A stretch of 64,000 bases of DNA from Eutreptiella sp. 'Long Island Sound 2002' (lineage: Eukaryota > Protista > Euglenida): contig OZ038378.1 of the NCBI GenBank assembly GCA_964036045.1, forward strand, positions 146,320,001 through 146,384,000, given 5' to 3'. The position numbers and the translations under genes are program-made. The notes under the pieces were generated by a model. That model ran no database searches. It saw only the letters and a list, made by a program, of their open reading frames with translations, and was not told the DNA's origin. Below, in pieces: positions 14,110 to 29,298 of this stretch; position 1 is the stretch's first letter, and each line of letters opens with the position of its first letter.

Positions 14110-15516
14110 AACAGCCCCTACGAACAGCGACGAAGAGCACCAGACCCCCTATGAACAGCGCTCCATAGTGCCGGACCCCCTATGAATAGCGTCAAACAAG
14201 GCCGAACAGCGCCAGACCCCCAATGAACAGCGACGAACAGTGCCCGACCCCTGATGGAGAGCGCCGAACAGCGACGGTCCCCCTATGAACAGCGCCAAGC
14301 AGCGCCGGACCCCCTATGAATAGCGCCGAATGATGCCGGACCCCCTATGAACAGCGACGAACCTTGCCAAACACGCTATGAACAAATGTGAGCGGCGCCG
14401 GACCCCCCATGAACAGCGCCGGACCCCCTATGAAAAACGCCGAACAACGCCGGACCCCCTATGAACAGCGCCGAACGATGCCGGACCCCCTATGAACAGC
14501 GGCAAACCATGCCGGACACGCTATGAACAAATGTGAACGGCGCCGGACCCCCTAGAAACAGCGCCGTACCCCCTATGAACAACGCCAAACAGCGCCGGAC
14601 CCCCTATGAAAGGTGCCGGACCCCCTATGAACATAGCAGAACAAGGCCGGGCCCCCTTTGAATAGCGCTGACCAGCGCCGGACCCCCTATGAACAGCGCC
14701 AAAGGGTGCAAGACACCCTATATAAAACGCAGAACAGCACCGGACGCCGGACCCTCTATGAACAGCGCCGACCAGCACCGGACCCCCTATGAATAGCGAC
14801 AAAGAGCATTGGACCCCCTATGAACAGGGCAGGACCCCCTATGAACATAGCCGAACAAGGCCTGACACCCTAGGAACAGCGCGAAACTACGCCAGACCCC
14901 TTACGATCACTAACGAACAGCGCCGGACCCACTATGAACAGCGCCGAACAGCGCCAGACCCCGTATGAACAGCGCCCAACAGCGCCGGACCCCCTATGAG
15001 CAGCAATCAACAACACCGGACCCCCTATGATAAATCACCGGGCAACGCCGGAACCCCTACGATAAATTCCCGAACAACACCGGACCCCCTATGAACAACG
15101 CCGAATAGCACCGGGCCCCCTATGAACAGCAAAGAACAGCACCGGACCCGCCTATGAATAGCGCCGGACCCCACCAGACACCCTGTGAACAGCGAAGAAC
15201 AACACCGGACCCCCTACAAACAGCGCCGAACGGCGCCCGACCTCCTATGAACACCGCCAAACAACGACAGACCCCCTATGAACACCGCCGAACCGCGCTG
15301 GTCCCCTTATAAACAGCGCCGAACAGCGTCAGACACAGTGCCCAACCCCGCTGGACACCCTATGAACATCGGTGAACGGCGTGGGACCCCCTATGAACAG
15401 GGCCGAACAACGCCGGACCCCCTATGAACATCGCCGAAGAGCACCGGACCCCCTACGAACATCGCCGAGCAACACCGGACCCCCTATGAACAGCGCGGAA
15501 CAACGCCGGACCCCTA
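14110..15516. repeat. GC-rich minisatellite, 21-32-bp units (atgaacagcgccgaacagcgccggaccccct)
   Basis: Dozens of degenerate copies of gaacagcgccggaccccctat; same family at 30630-30880 and 32155-32290. Confidence 0.95.
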
Positions 15517-16622
15517 ATGCCACTCCCTCATGGCAGCGGCCCCAAAGTCCCGTACCTCCCCGCTGGGGTGCCTCCGAGGGCAAAGGCCGAAAATTCAGCA
15601 CAGAGGCAGCGCATTTCATGAATGCGACTGTAAAGCGACCGTATGGCATACACAAGCTTGACCACAACAAAGACGATGTATCCCAGCACACTTCTTCCTC
15701 CATGGCCGCATGGGAACCGGAGTCAAAACTCAAAAACTCGCAAGAACATCCCCAACCCCACACCTGCACAGACCCGGAATGCACCCAAGGCAGGCACTGA
15801 GGGCACCCCACAGCTGTGGACTCATAGCCATACAACCCCGACGGGGTCTTGCACAAAAACCTAGGTCTTCCTGCCAATCCCAACATACAACCCAAACACG
15901 CTAGCGCATAGCCGTGGCGGCCTGCTGCTCCCGGACGTTGGGCATGCGCCTAAAAACCTCCTCAACCGCCTCGGATACACTCCCTAACTACGTCGTGCCG
16001 AATGTCCACTACAAGACTCTACCATCCCAAGCCAACCCAACCACATGCCACATGTCACCCACATGGACACGCTCCATCCAACCACAAAATAGGAGCAGTC
16101 GATTTACCAAGCCCCCAAGTGACGTACCCTATATGCCAAAAACTTAGCTCGGGGCTAATTGTACAAGCTGTAGGACCCGACTTATGCGCCGCAACCACCA
16201 TTCACTAAATAGCACCATGTTCAAGAAACCAAACACCTAACGTCTTCGCATACAAAAAGATAATCCATGCAACGACCCAATAACACGACAAATTGTTCAC
16301 ACCGGCGATCACAGCAATGAGAAACCGCGGGGCAGTAAGCCCCTATCCTAGAAATCCATATGTGACACAACATACACACCCAATTCAACAGAAGAGTGGA
16401 CTATGATTTGGTGACTGGCATGTCCAAAAACACCTGCTTGTATCTGCGTGCCCCAAAGGTCTGTGGCAAGTGGAAGTGGCAATGTCCATAAGGTGTGGTA
16501 CCGCTAGACGAAACGATGGAAAAATGACAATGCAAAGCAAGAGTAACAGGACCTACAATTGCGGATGAGGAAAACCACAAGGAAGATCGTGGGCACAAAT
16601 GTCCTACCGACCCCGTGTGTTG

Positions 16623-17625
16623 TTACAAAGGTGTTCTTGCAGAGCCCAAGATTGTGGCTGTTTGCATCCACCTATCTTGCACTTTTGCAATAGGGACAAA
16701 ACCATCCAACATATGTGAGTGTGAGCCATCAGATATAGCGTGGTCCACCCCATTTCGTGGGACACGTTCCACCGTTTCCGGTTTGTACGACAACACTTGA
16801 TACCTAATAATGCCCATGTCTACTTGTACAAGGAAGCATTGCAAACTGTAGCTCGTGAGGCTCTCTTGCACCAACGGAATAATGGTGGGTAGTGCTTTAT
16901 TCACTGTAGTTACCGTTCTTTTCAGGTCATCAATTGCGAGGCAACTATTTTGCGTGCACATTTGGCATTTCACATCTGCATAAGAGTCCAACAAAGTAGT
17001 CCATTGGCGATGAAAAATCTGCTTATTGCACTTCGTGCGCAAATAATGGAAAAGAGCCATCCTGGTGTGGTACCTACTCTTGCCCATTATCCGGAAAAAC
17101 ATCTTGCGGATGTTTTCGATAATGTGCCAAATGCACCACAAGTGTCGTGTGTTCTTACGGAGCTTTCGAACCGCATTAGCACACACTGGATGTGCATCAA
17201 AAAATCAACACCTAGGGAGCTGTAGGGTTGTGTTGCAACCATTGGCAAAATTGCAATTCATACTCACAATTTCTCTCTCAGGGGAGCGGTGCCTATGTAG
17301 TGAGCAAGGATTTTCCATGCTCATTAATGGCTGTGACGCAGCCGAGGTGGAAAAATTGTTTGCAATGATGAGTGTTGTCATGTGCAACAAGGTGCTTGAA
17401 ATGCGCCGCAATTTCCACTTGGCTTGGTGACATCCAAAACAAGTGTGTCAACCTATAATTGCCCAGCTCGTTTTCGGGTGCCACGGCCCAACATGGGTCA
17501 TTCTTTTTGGCAGCGGGCAACGGATTGAACAGGTGTTGACAATCAATTGTTGGTTTGTATCCATATTTATAACAGACATTTGATAAATCGCGAGGCTCTA
17601 TTACTCTGTGAAGTGTTTTTCTCAA
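16623..17625 (-). pseudogene. Decayed MULE (Mutator, FAR1/FHY3-like) transposase
   Basis: LTHLFWMSPSQVEIAAHFKHLVAHDNTH...GCVTAINEHGKSLL matches FAR1-type LxxvFW...F-DVv-fDtT...gvNhHG-s-L; then PRC*FFDAHPVCANAV...RHLWCIWHIIENIRK matches the MULE HxxCxWH motif. Stops and frameshifts present. Confidence 0.75.
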
Positions 17626-20600
17626 AGCTCATAACTGGTGGACGCTTGTAGACACATGTGCCCATGGTCCCTTGTCATTGTGACACACACAGCTTGCACT
17701 GCGCGTTTCTCACGACCTTGTGCTCATTTGGAGGGGACCTTGTGCCCTGTGTTCCTTCAATCAGCGAACGTAACCTTCCAAGGGCCATGCTCATTAGCAC
17801 AACGAGAAATGACACAACAAGAATACTTCATTTTAACTTTTTAACGGGGGCGTAGAGGGCCAAGGCACGAGATGAGTGTTCAGTGACTAAGCGCCAGAAG
17901 GGACATGCATATCACTCCACGTATTCGCGCGTTGAAAGGCGATTTTTGCTCTGGGGGAGTTTGTGGAAAAAGACTTTTGGGGCCGAAAAGGCCAGCTCAT
18001 ACACTGGTGGCCTTGTTGCATGCTCTTTCCTTGCCCCTTTTCACCTTCGCAGCCACCCCACCTTTGACATCTCCCAATGGTGCGGAGCCTTTTTAGCTTC
18101 TTCAATGGGGCACATTGGGCGCTCACTGGCGTTGCTTAGGGTCTGTCATTAGAGTTCCAGATTGCCCCTTAAAGATGCTTCAAAGAGCAAAGTGTAGAGG
18201 CAAGGGTGTGTGAGTTTGCCCCTAGCCACATTCTGATGGTGGCGCTGCTTGGGAATAACTGGTGCGCATTGGACATGGTGGGACACAAAGCTTCTATTGC
18301 GTTGATGGTGGCACAAAGAGTTCTTTGGCACAAGCACCGTTATCTGGGACACTTGGCTGCTACATGCACTTTTCTTGGGCTTGAGAGAACTTGGCTGAGC
18401 AAACTCTAACTTTCAAGCCACATACTTGGTGGATGATTTTCGCCGCTTAGTATGCTTTGTGTTGAAACGGCCTGCCTTGCTGCGCAGGTCTAGACTCTTG
18501 ATTTGCTGGGGGTGAATGACACCATACACACCTCCTTCGAAGATGCCAACAAGAATCCCATCGGGATTTGTGTTCACAATTGATTTGTGCATCTTTTGCA
18601 TGTGGGCTCCCCCTATAGTGAATATTCTCAAACACTTTGTATCCTTTGGGAGAACTAAAGTGAGGTGTGCACACAGACACATTGTACAGCTGTGATGGTT
18701 ACATGAGAGGGATAACAAAAATATTGTTATGGGTAGTTTACAGGTGACTTGGAGTCATTGTTGTACAAAAATATAGCTACAACAACTTAAGTTGAAACAA
18801 ATTTTCTCTTTGGCCAATCAAAGCCTACTTAACACCCGCAAAGTGTTGTGAGGTCTTGATGTTGCATTGGAGGTGACACCCCATGAGTTTGCGGTCTCGT
18901 TGGGATTGTTGTGGCCCCAAAGTGGGATTGTGGCACATACTCATGGAGGGGCAAGGAAATTCAACGCACTTGTGATGCAGAGCATGGTGCCCACTTCTCT
19001 GTGTCCACAAGCAAAAAAACAAAGACATCCACCACTGGACCCCTTACCTAGTGAACAGAACAAAAGTCCCAGACGGCGTGTCAAATAAGGCCCAGCCCCC
19101 TTCGTGCAGTACTAGGGCCACGCCCAGGGAGCCATACCTAGGCCCACAAAGCCTATTTGAACATGATTCACTAAAACGAATGAATAGTTAGAGAAGACGA
19201 AGCTGGTGCAGTAATGCCATGCTGGCCGTACCACCTCATTTTCTGACCCTCAGACAAAACCTTCTATCTCATTTACCCATTGGTGACACTTTGTCACACA
19301 ACCCAAAAGAATGGAGGGTACAAAGTACAAAAAAGTACCAAAGTATTGCATGCCCCCCCCCCCACCCCAAAGAAAGAAATATGGCCTTGTGGCACATCAG
19401 AAACCACAATGCAGCATGAATTCTGCATGCACTGCAAAAGGTGACATGTATTGTTCAATTCCAGCCCCAAAGCACCTACTTGAGGAGGGTCTTCATCCAC
19501 ACCACCCTCTCCAAATAGGAGCTCATAAGGCGGTCGCAAACGCTTCACAGGGCTCCACGAAACTGTTCCATAGGCTGTGACCCCTCAACGTCCATATTAT
19601 TCATGTACTTTCACATGAACTTGTTTTTAATCGTTTTTGTCTTTTTCAACTGATAAAACTGGTTTTAGTTTTAAGTTTAGGGAAAATGTAGAGGTTCGAT
19701 ATGATTACCAGGTACTTCGTGCCGAAAGAGGCATTACGATGCATGAAAGGCTTCAGCAGTCAATCCACCCCAGTGCAGAAAAACCAAGGTTTTTCAAACC
19801 ACCTTGAATCTTGTTTCTACAGAGATGGGGCACTATTGAGGCTGCAAACCAGTGTATCTCAGCATGATGTCAGTACATTTACAAACCACCTAGTGCTCCC
19901 TCGGACGGCGTTGTAGGCAGGGGCCTGGCATTAATGGTTAAAGAACTCACCTGATTGCATCTGTTCATGTCCCTCCCATCCCTCATGGGTGTGAAGGACA
20001 TGTTTCTCACCATCCTCTGCAGGGAAGCAGCGCATAAGACTAGTTTTCTGCGCGCTACATGCAGTGTGAATGCGCCACATAGAGATGAGATGCGGCAACA
20101 ATTGACACTTTGTTCTCTGCAGCACTTTAAGACTGCCGATGTTCACGTGGAAAGTGGTGCACGTCCCGCAGGGGCAGGGCAATTGGCAAGTGGTGCAAAT
20201 CTAGTCAATGGTTCACATCCAATAGGGGTTTGGTGGACTTGGGGTTGCAAGCCACCAGCGACTTTGTTGGATTTGGTTGGCGCGGAAGGAGCTGAAAGAA
20301 ATCTTTGGCCTGAATTGATGTGCATCGGAGGGTGTTGACAGATTATTAGCACGACCGAAGGCGCCACAAGGGGGGAAAATTGCGGGTCGCTGGGGCAGAT
20401 GGGCGTTCCAAACGGTGGGAGGGGGGTGTGGCAAGCCCCCCACTGGTCACTAATCATCCGAAGAAACTTGACAGCACCTGCTTCGTCGGCCATGAAATTT
20501 CCGTCATCTTCTGCCACTTCAAGTCCACTGCCAGTGTCCATATCACTGGATTTATGCACCACAAAGAACTCACCATAAGACTTTGGCAACACCTGCAGAC

Positions 20601-23600
20601 AAATCAAGATCTGTCGTTGTCATTCAGCGACGGGCAGGTGTCACCACCATTCACATCTGGACAACAGTAGTCAGACGCCACCCTTACAAACCAGGCCGTG
20701 GTGGGGGGCGTTGGATTTGGACGTGGATGCCAATGTTGAGGCTTACAGTCTGGCAGAGGATAGTGGCAGAGGCCTGCAAGCTGTCGCCCTTAAGCCCACT
20801 CTGTTGGCGAACGGACCCCACAAGGCATGTCTATCCCCGTTTGCAACCTACACACCTGTGCCACACACCACCACCGGGGGGAGGGCAATTGCGGTCAGGG
20901 AGCATCAGATCCAATTGCGAAAAATTGCAGAAAATTGCAGTGCCGTAACCAAATCTCCTGAAGCCTCAAGGAGGATATCAGGATTACAGCAGGCGGCCCT
21001 CAATATCACCATGAAATTGAAGCATGAACCGAAGGCGGCGGACGTTGTCATCCAATTTGTGCTGCCACTTGGAAATAGTGCCACACTCCGGGGGGGGGGG
21101 GGGACTAGAACCGGTCCTGATGCGACACCCCCCCCCCAGCTATCTGCCAAAACTTGCGGGGGGGCGGGGGGGTCGGCGGGAGGGTGGACGGGGGGGGGAT
21201 TAGCAGCTCGGCCGGGGGGGGGGGGGCTGCGCGCGACCTATTACTACCACATGCATACCTCAAGGGGTGGTTTGTGTCTGGGGGCATGGGGGTATAGAGG
21301 TATGTATGCGATAATAGCGATTTCTCATCTTTGCCAGGAAGAAAGTCTTAAGGGTCTTAAGGACCAAAGGCATAGTACCCCCTTCAACTAAGCATGGGAC
21401 AAAAATTTTGGCGCCGTTGGGGCCATGGCCCCCGCACCACTATCTTTCAAAACTCGGGGGGGGGTCGCATACAAGGACTGGGCTCGGCCGCCCCCCCCCC
21501 CCCCCGGGTACACACTGTGAGAAAAAGCGCTCCACATCACAGCCAGAATGTGGCAGTGTAATCAAGAAAAACACCCTCTCTTGGAAAGGGGAAGGGGCTC
21601 GTGATGGCCACCATTGATGCAAATTACTAGGGCCATTGACATTTGCGCACTGTCAGACCCAGATTGCAGCATAACCCTGTGGCACGGCAAAGAACCACTC
21701 CATCATTTTGGGGGCTGAAAAACATTGAAGCTTCTTGTTCTGCAACAGTTGTGTGCAAATGCAAAGGGCACCAACAGGCACACAAGGTGGACAGGCCAAA
21801 AGCAGAAAAATTGCAGGGAAAGACGGAAAATTGCGAAATTGCGGGGAAATTGCAGGGGGGGGGGGATCCAGACCTCAACCCCCCGGCACCACACCTCATA
21901 CCACAGCCTCACGACACCTGAAAAAAAAAAACACAGCATGTGGGGTGTGTGTGGTTGTCCTGACCTTTGTGGACTGCTGCCCCCTGGACAAGGAATGGGT
22001 CATGGGCCCTGCAAGAGGTGGTGTGCAACCCTCACTGGGCTGCCATTTCACCCGATGCCACCAAATGGGGCCAGTTTCGCAGAGCCTGACTGCTCATTAC
22101 CCACCCTCTCCTACTGCTACTAGGCGATGGTTCTTGCATGCCGCCCCATGCACTGCCCCTTGCCCCGGCACTACCTGGAGGCGTGCTTCTCGGGCTGAAC
22201 GAAACACCCTAAGTGCCTGTTATATCCCTCACATGAGCAGCACTCTAATTTTGTGGTGGTACGCCTGGTTATGGTGTGCTGTGGCCTCTCCGTAGATGAG
22301 CTGCATGCAGTCCAGGATCTATGAGGAGGATTACCCACAGTCATTGCCCAAAATGCTAAGGTGCTGTCCACCATGGAAAAAGCCACGTGGTGCACAGGCA
22401 CTCGTTTTGCTATGACTGTGTGCCATGCCGCTGGCTTGTCTGCCCACTTGGCTGCCCATGGACACAGCAGCCAGAGGGCCCAAGGCGTCCACAACCCTCC
22501 CAGATGACCCCGTGACTTCCATCTCTGCATTCTCGACGTAGCTCCTATCGGAAAAGAGCAGTACTGGATCCCACAGTAGGAAACGGCGGGTGTAGACGGT
22601 CTCCGCCAGCCCGCACACATGCTCACAACCAACTACCCCTGGCCCCTTCCTCACCCACTGAACCCCCCCCGCCTTTTCGAGGCGCCGCTCCAACCTGCAC
22701 CCAGAAACCAACGCTCAGTCCGTCACCCTCTGAGGGGCTGCGGGAGCGCTGCTTCCTTGCGCTCTGCTCAGAGAGAGCGCCAGTTTGCACAACCCCATGG
22801 ACCACAGTGAGGTCAGTGTCATACGGCATTTTCCAAAGCTTCTCAGGTCATGGCCTTTGAGAGGGTCCCAGACCTCGGAGCAGGGGAATGAGGGCGAGAG
22901 GTGAAGGGGAGGGTGCACCATTCGTTCCATATCCCCCTGCAGGCAGCATATACATACGCGTATGTTTCATTCCAGACTGCTTGGAGACAGGCAGCACATA
23001 TGCAGACAGCCCAGCACCACACGCATCCCCTCTGCCACGCAGGGAACACACCCCATGCACCATCCAAAACATAATGTGCTGGACCATCAAGTCGTATGAG
23101 TACCTCAGCAGTCGCAAGATCACTCCTGAAAGAAATTGACATCAACATCAGGTGCTGCACCAGAGCGCTTGGGGTTGTGCACAGTGACACAGTAAGACTG
23201 CCTCAGACCAACAGATCGCATGACATAACCTGATCCGTCAGAATGGCTTGGCTCCCAACCAAGCAAAACACGGCCGTCCGCGGCAACCCAACAGTTTTGG
23301 TTGTCCCAATATCATGGCCCTCGTTAACAGGACATGGGGAGAATGTTGCCATGCATGGCCCAGGCCCCTCCCAACGAACACCAAATTACCAGTTGCACAT
23401 GGCTGGAATGCCCGCTGTGGTGGACCAGCCCGTATGGAGAGATTGACCAACAGATTGACCCACGTCCATCATGAATGTGTAGGTGCATCATGGGGCGTGT
23501 TTCAGTGCAGTTCTGGGCCCCATCGCCCATTAATTCCGAGCATTTTGCCTGCATGTCAGTGGGCAAAAACACCGTTGCCCACTCACCAGACAGAGCCAGG

Positions 23601-26600
23601 TGAGACAAAACCAGGAGCATTCTGGCACAGGGATCCATGACTCCCCCAAAGCACCCATCAAGCCTAATGTTGTTGTGTGGGTGGAAAGACTGCTGCTCCC
23701 CGTGGGCGTAGGTTTGGCTGATTCCCTGGACCCCGCTGCCCCCTTGACACAGGCACGGTAGAAGTTGAACAACCATCTGCCGGGCGGGAGCGCGGGGCCC
23801 ACTGTATACTGCACACTGCTGAGAAGGGAGGCAGTGAAGCCAAACTGGGGTTTCTGGGGAGACCTGGGTTTTGGGGCCCACAGAGGGTGGGCCTCAAAGG
23901 TCAGGTTGTCCACATTGGGCTCCAGCCGTGGCAGCTCCCTGCACCTCCCCATAGCCTTCATCACCCACGGTCTGCGTGCGACCAAAGTGGCATTGCCACC
24001 AGGGCCGCCAGGGTGGTCCTGCCAGCACCGACTGCCATATGAGCAATGGGGGGATGCGTATGTATTGTGTATGCCCTTGAACCGTGTGCTATGCCACAGC
24101 GGCATTCGATTGATTAATTCGCCACAGGGGAATGGCACCGGTGCTGGGTTATGATTTAATCAGAATGCTTTGCATGGCGTGCTCCAAAAGGGGAATGTTG
24201 TCCCTGGTACAGGCCCGAGCTGCAGCCAGCGGTGGCACAGAACGGGTGCCTGTTTGCAACCCCACTTGGGCCGAGCACCTGAAGAATTGTGACACGTTCC
24301 TACCGCAAAAACTGTGCAGTCGGGGCAGGTGGTCCCCCCCCCCCCCAAGGGTTGGTGGCATGGCCAGGATGGGGGGTGTCAACCCCTAGCTGTTTAATCG
24401 CAGCACTACCTTGTACACGCTTGCCAGTTGTGCGACAATTGCGTCTGTAGGGAAGGAGCCCTTGCAGGAAAGATGAGCAGTGGCACACACTCCTGAAATA
24501 GACCGCTCTGTCAGGGTGGGTAAGCCGCCGCTGTTTCATGGAATTGGCACGTTGCAATGCGCACGCAATGACTGGCGTGCGAACCGCCCTAACAGGAATG
24601 CCAAGATACTGCCGACTTCTGATGTACGGCACTGAGTCTTCTGGCATTAGGCACATCTTTTTTGGGGGGTGTTCGGGCCACAGCGAGCTGCCCACTGCAG
24701 AGGGGCGGGGGGGGCTGACCCTCACATCAACGCCCTGCGGTGTGCATGCATTTTCTCCAAAACCAGGGCTGACCTACCTCTTCATCCTCAGACCCACACA
24801 CAGGAGGGCCGCACCATGAACGACGAACGCCAAGGAACGTGTCATTTCGGTCCCTTGACACAAACCAGATGCAACAGGCACTCACCGGGTGGCATGTTGC
24901 ACAACCCAGGGCCAGCCTCTTGGACCACTTGCATCGCCCAGACATCCCCACTCCCACCACATCCCTGTATCAGACCTCGGACATGTGGAATGCCGGACTG
25001 GCTTCGTCGGTGCAGTTCGTTGAGCAAGGGGGCCGCCCGCAGGTGATTGCGCATGATATGGCTGCACAGATCCGCGAGCTCATGGAGCACCTCGAGGAGA
25101 TCAGCCAGTTGCGCCTGAAAGTACACGACTGGTAGCACCGGGTTGAGCTCCAATTCATGGTCCAGCTTTGCAACGGCTCTGTGCATGTCACACAGAGGGT
25201 GCACAATGCATGGCACGGAGCATGCAGCAAGCAATCCAAAAGTCAACCATGACGTCAACGATGAGCACATGTTCCACCCCAGCAGAATACTCGTGCAGAA
25301 GTCAACAAACGAGGAGCCAGAGGGCCGGCGGATCAAGGGGTGGTGGCAAAAGCGCAGGGACGGCGTGGGCGGGAGGTGGGAACGCCGGTTTTCCACGTTT
25401 TCCACCTTCGGAAGCATCGTACCATGCCGACAATTGGCAAGTGCACACCCAACGAATCTCTTGGGTGGACTATACCGTGGCAAGTCGGAATGGTTGGTCT
25501 ACAAACGCCTAGCAACAATAGTCTGCAGGTCACGCCGCCACACCTTCGGTACGTTCCAAGCACTTCAGCTAGACCATCGCACATGCGGACCAGGTAGACA
25601 GAGGGAATGTGGGGGGCCGTCCCAGAGCAGGTTCGCGGCTGACTCCTGAAGAAGGTGGATGTACTCTCAAGACGACCTCCCGCCTGACCCCTCTCCCCTT
25701 ACCCCTTTTCCAGAAAGGTGCGCACGTCGGTACGCGAGCCCCTTGCACAAACTGTGTGGTCCACCTTGGATGCATCATACCGGGTAAGGTACACATCGCC
25801 GCAAGCGCCGTCTTGAAAGCAGTTGCATGCGTTTTCCGCATGCCTATGACTGTCGCTTACACCAAAAATCTACTGTGGAGACCAAATGGCCCACCCAACC
25901 CATATTTTTTCCTTTTTTTTTTTGGCTCAGACCAAGATGAGCTGGCGTAGCCTGCTCACTTCACAGTACTCGAGGTGACCCCTCGGGATCAAGGTTCAGA
26001 GCTGTCCAGTGCTACAATGATCCCACAAATGATTGTGGTAGCGGATCTGACACGTAGTGAGGATTTGCTGAGTCTGAAACCAGGTGATGCAGTGGGAGAC
26101 TGCCACGCCCGTAGGCTTCCCAGTGTGCATGAGGCACAAAGACTGTAGGCTGAAAAAGACAGCGGAGTGAAGATTGAAGGCCGAGGTGAATCAGCAGGTT
26201 GCATGTCATGCCACCCAACCCATGTTTTTTCTTTGGTTCAGACCGTGGTAAGCTGGCAAAGCCCTCTTACCAGATGGTACTCGAGAGAGCTCTCAGAATC
26301 AGGAATCAGAGCAGTCCAATGCTACGATTGTCCCACAGTTCAGTGTGGTAGCGGACATGACACCCAGTTGGGGTACGCTAAATCTGAGACCATGAAAGGC
26401 CCCCCCCCCCAACCCATGTGTTCTGGGGCAGGGGGATCAAAACTGCCCAGCCGAAGGCAATCGGATGAGGGGACAGCCCAGAGGGCGTAGGCGCGTCGGG
26501 TGGAAAGGTCCTGCGAGGTTGGCGAAGGTTTTGGGACGCCCATGGACATGGAATTGCTGCACGCACACCCTTTTGTGCCAGACGGCCACAGAATATGCTT

Positions 26601-28784
26601 CATCAATTGCGATACCGCGCGGACAGCATGTGTCGTGTGCATCGTGAGGGGAGGAGTCGAAATGGCCACATGCAGTTTGGTGGAGTTGGTGAGGGGTGAG
26701 CAATTCAGTGAATGGTTGAATACTCTTCAATTGTCGGGTTTGGTGCCATGCAACGCTTCAGCTGATATCTTCATGGAAGGTTACGAATACTTTCTCGTCT
26801 GGTTGTGCCCTCATGAATACCGAAGATCAGAGGGGGATTTCAAACTGCTTCTCCAAAAACAAGGAGGACTGGGAGATTCGCACATGCATTCGGAGATGCG
26901 AAAGGCCCATGTCAAACCTTTCTGGCCACCCGATTATTCTCACTCATAGAGCCGTGCCATCCTTGGCTTCAACAATCATGAAATTTGTGTTCATTCGAAG
27001 GAAACTAAGTCACTCAACACACTCAAAACAAAAATGCAAAGCCATTGTGAACCTGTTCAAAAAGCCTGGGGTATCTTCGGGTCCAAATGTACAGTCTTGA
27101 CATGGGGCAGCCAACTAGTGAAAAGGTTTCCAATCCTATGCCACAGGGTTCATCGAGCCGCAAAATGAGAGCTTTTCCCTCGGTTGGAATGTGCGCAGAG
27201 CAGAGGGTTTCAGAAGCCAACCCGTTCTGTTGTACGAACGCTTCGATCACCTTCAGCTTCTGTCCGAACTGCACCAAGTTGTTGACAATCGTCCGCTCGG
27301 AGGGATGGACGCAGATGTCCTCATGCAACCAAAAGGACCCCGGATCTGATACAACTACGTCTCCAGCAAAGCCCAAAAGGGCGAACAACACTGCCTTCTT
27401 GGTCGTGAACGCTGCTGATGAATCAACAGCTGTAGCTGACATGTGTTACCAGCCCATCTCTGTGCATTTTCAGGGTAGCAGGGACACAGTGGCCTAAGGG
27501 GTTAGTACACAACAACGGAGGCCTCCACTCTACGTCCTCACCAATGTTGTTGTAGCCGCACACACATCCTGCCTAGGGAGGGCTGTAGGAGGAGGAAGGA
27601 GAAGGAAAACTCTCTGGTATGGCCGCTCAGACCAAAGAGCCTGGTGCCCCACAGGGTGCCCAAGCCTGTGAGGCGGATGTTGTCTGCACACGTCGAAAAA
27701 TGCGCGCACTGCTTGTGCACTGCACATTGCACCGCACACACCACACATCAATCTCCCTCTTAGCATACAACATCAGATGCCTCCACTCTACCTCCTCACC
27801 AGTGTCATGGTGGCTGTAGCCGCCCACACCCCCTGCCACAAAGGGGGGGGGGGGTTGAGCACAGAGAGACCTCTTTGGCACAGCCTGCACTGAAAAGGGT
27901 GCCACACAGGTGCCTTCCAATTCCCTATACCTAGCCCAGATCCTGCAAGAACCGGTGGGACTTCGTTCGATATCTTTGGAGGGCTGTTGTCCATTTAGAG
28001 AAACAGGCTCTCTTTGGTTTCCCTTCTTCCACTTGGGCTGATTAGACCTCAAAAGTGTGGCCTCCCATGGGATTCGCAGTGCATGATTCAGTATCCAGGT
28101 TGTCAGAACCATATCTCTTTGGCAAAAGTGGTTGCTGCGATCACATGTGGCTCCTGACAAGTTGAAATTGTCAGTTATAGCAGCCCCCCCCCCCCCCCTG
28201 CAGAGTGTGGTGCGCCAGTCACAAAGAGCAAAGCACACGTTAGCACAGAAAAATCCTTGTCAGTGGTACCACAGGCGCCTTTCGGCTCTGCAGTGAGAAA
28301 AAACCGAATCAATTGTGCACCAAGAGAGAAGACAGTGTCAAGCTGACACCATGTCTCTTTCTAGCCCCCTCCCCCCTGTAATAGCTACGCAAAAGTACCA
28401 GATTAATACGGTCCCTATGCCTACTGTAGCTTGGACAAGGGTGTAGCTTGCGCGCAACACATACAAGTACCAACACACACGTGAGTGAGTGCATGGTATG
28501 GGGGCACCTCAACCTCCACCCACGTGCCACGCACATAAACACAAGAAAGAGTTTGAAACATGAAACTCCAGGTTCACATCATGTTCCTACAAGCAATGAG
28601 GCATGAGAAGCCTACAAATGTTTGGCTTGGAAACCCTTCTTGCAATCATACACCATGCGGAACAACTGCACATGCTCACCACTTGAAGATGCCTTTGCCC
28701 CAGGTTTAGGGGCTGGTTTGGGCTTGGGCAACTTCAAGTTCTTGGGAATGAAATTGCCTTTGCATGTGGTCTCTTGTAAAGTAA

Positions 28785-29298
28785 CCCCCCCCCTTGTATA
28801 ATCTACGCAAAAGTCCCAAATTAATGCGGTCCCTACGCCTACTGTAGCTTGGACAAGGCCGTAGACGCCCGGGTTCAAAAAGAGAAGATTGCATGGTGAG
28901 CTGGTGCAAGAAAGGGGAATTTCATGCACAAATATCCTCAAAATAAGAGCTATGTGGGTTCAAGTGGGCAAACACTCACAACAAATGCGTCCATGACTCT
29001 ATGTAACTGGCAAATTTGTCACCAAACCCATGTCTTATGTGGCCACACTACATTTGTACCGAATCAAATTAGGTACCAAATCAATACAGTCCCTACGCCT
29101 ACTGTAGCTTGGACAAGGGCGTAGCTTATCCATGAGCGGTGGAAAGTCCAGCGACAGGTCCCCACCGACAGACCCACGCTCTCACAACCGTGCAAAGTCA
29201 TCAATATGGCGGCGAAGCCGCCGCCACAGATCGTTCACACATACGGCGCCAGAGGCGCCGCCACGGTTAGTGCAGGGCGTAGCTTATACAAGGGGGGG
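28785..29298. mobile_element. MITE with ~22-bp TIRs (cccccccttgtataa(g/t)ctacgc)
   Basis: Left cccccccttgtataatctacgc (28787-28808) and right gcgtagcttatacaaggggggg (29277-29298) are inverted with 21/22 match. Internal motif aattaatacggtccctacgcctactgtagcttggacaagg is shared with copies near 28400, 30940 and 31230. Confidence 0.75.

Noticed and set aside
21080-21510. Many poly-G/poly-C runs as possible G-quadruplex elements
   Set aside because: They occur throughout the window as parts of dispersed repeats, and homopolymer lengths are unreliable.
19900-27500. Protein-looking ORFs (20711-21391, 24839-25135, 26500-26949, 27087-27497)
   Set aside because: May be decayed genes or exons, but no recognisable domain or consistent frame could be assembled by eye.
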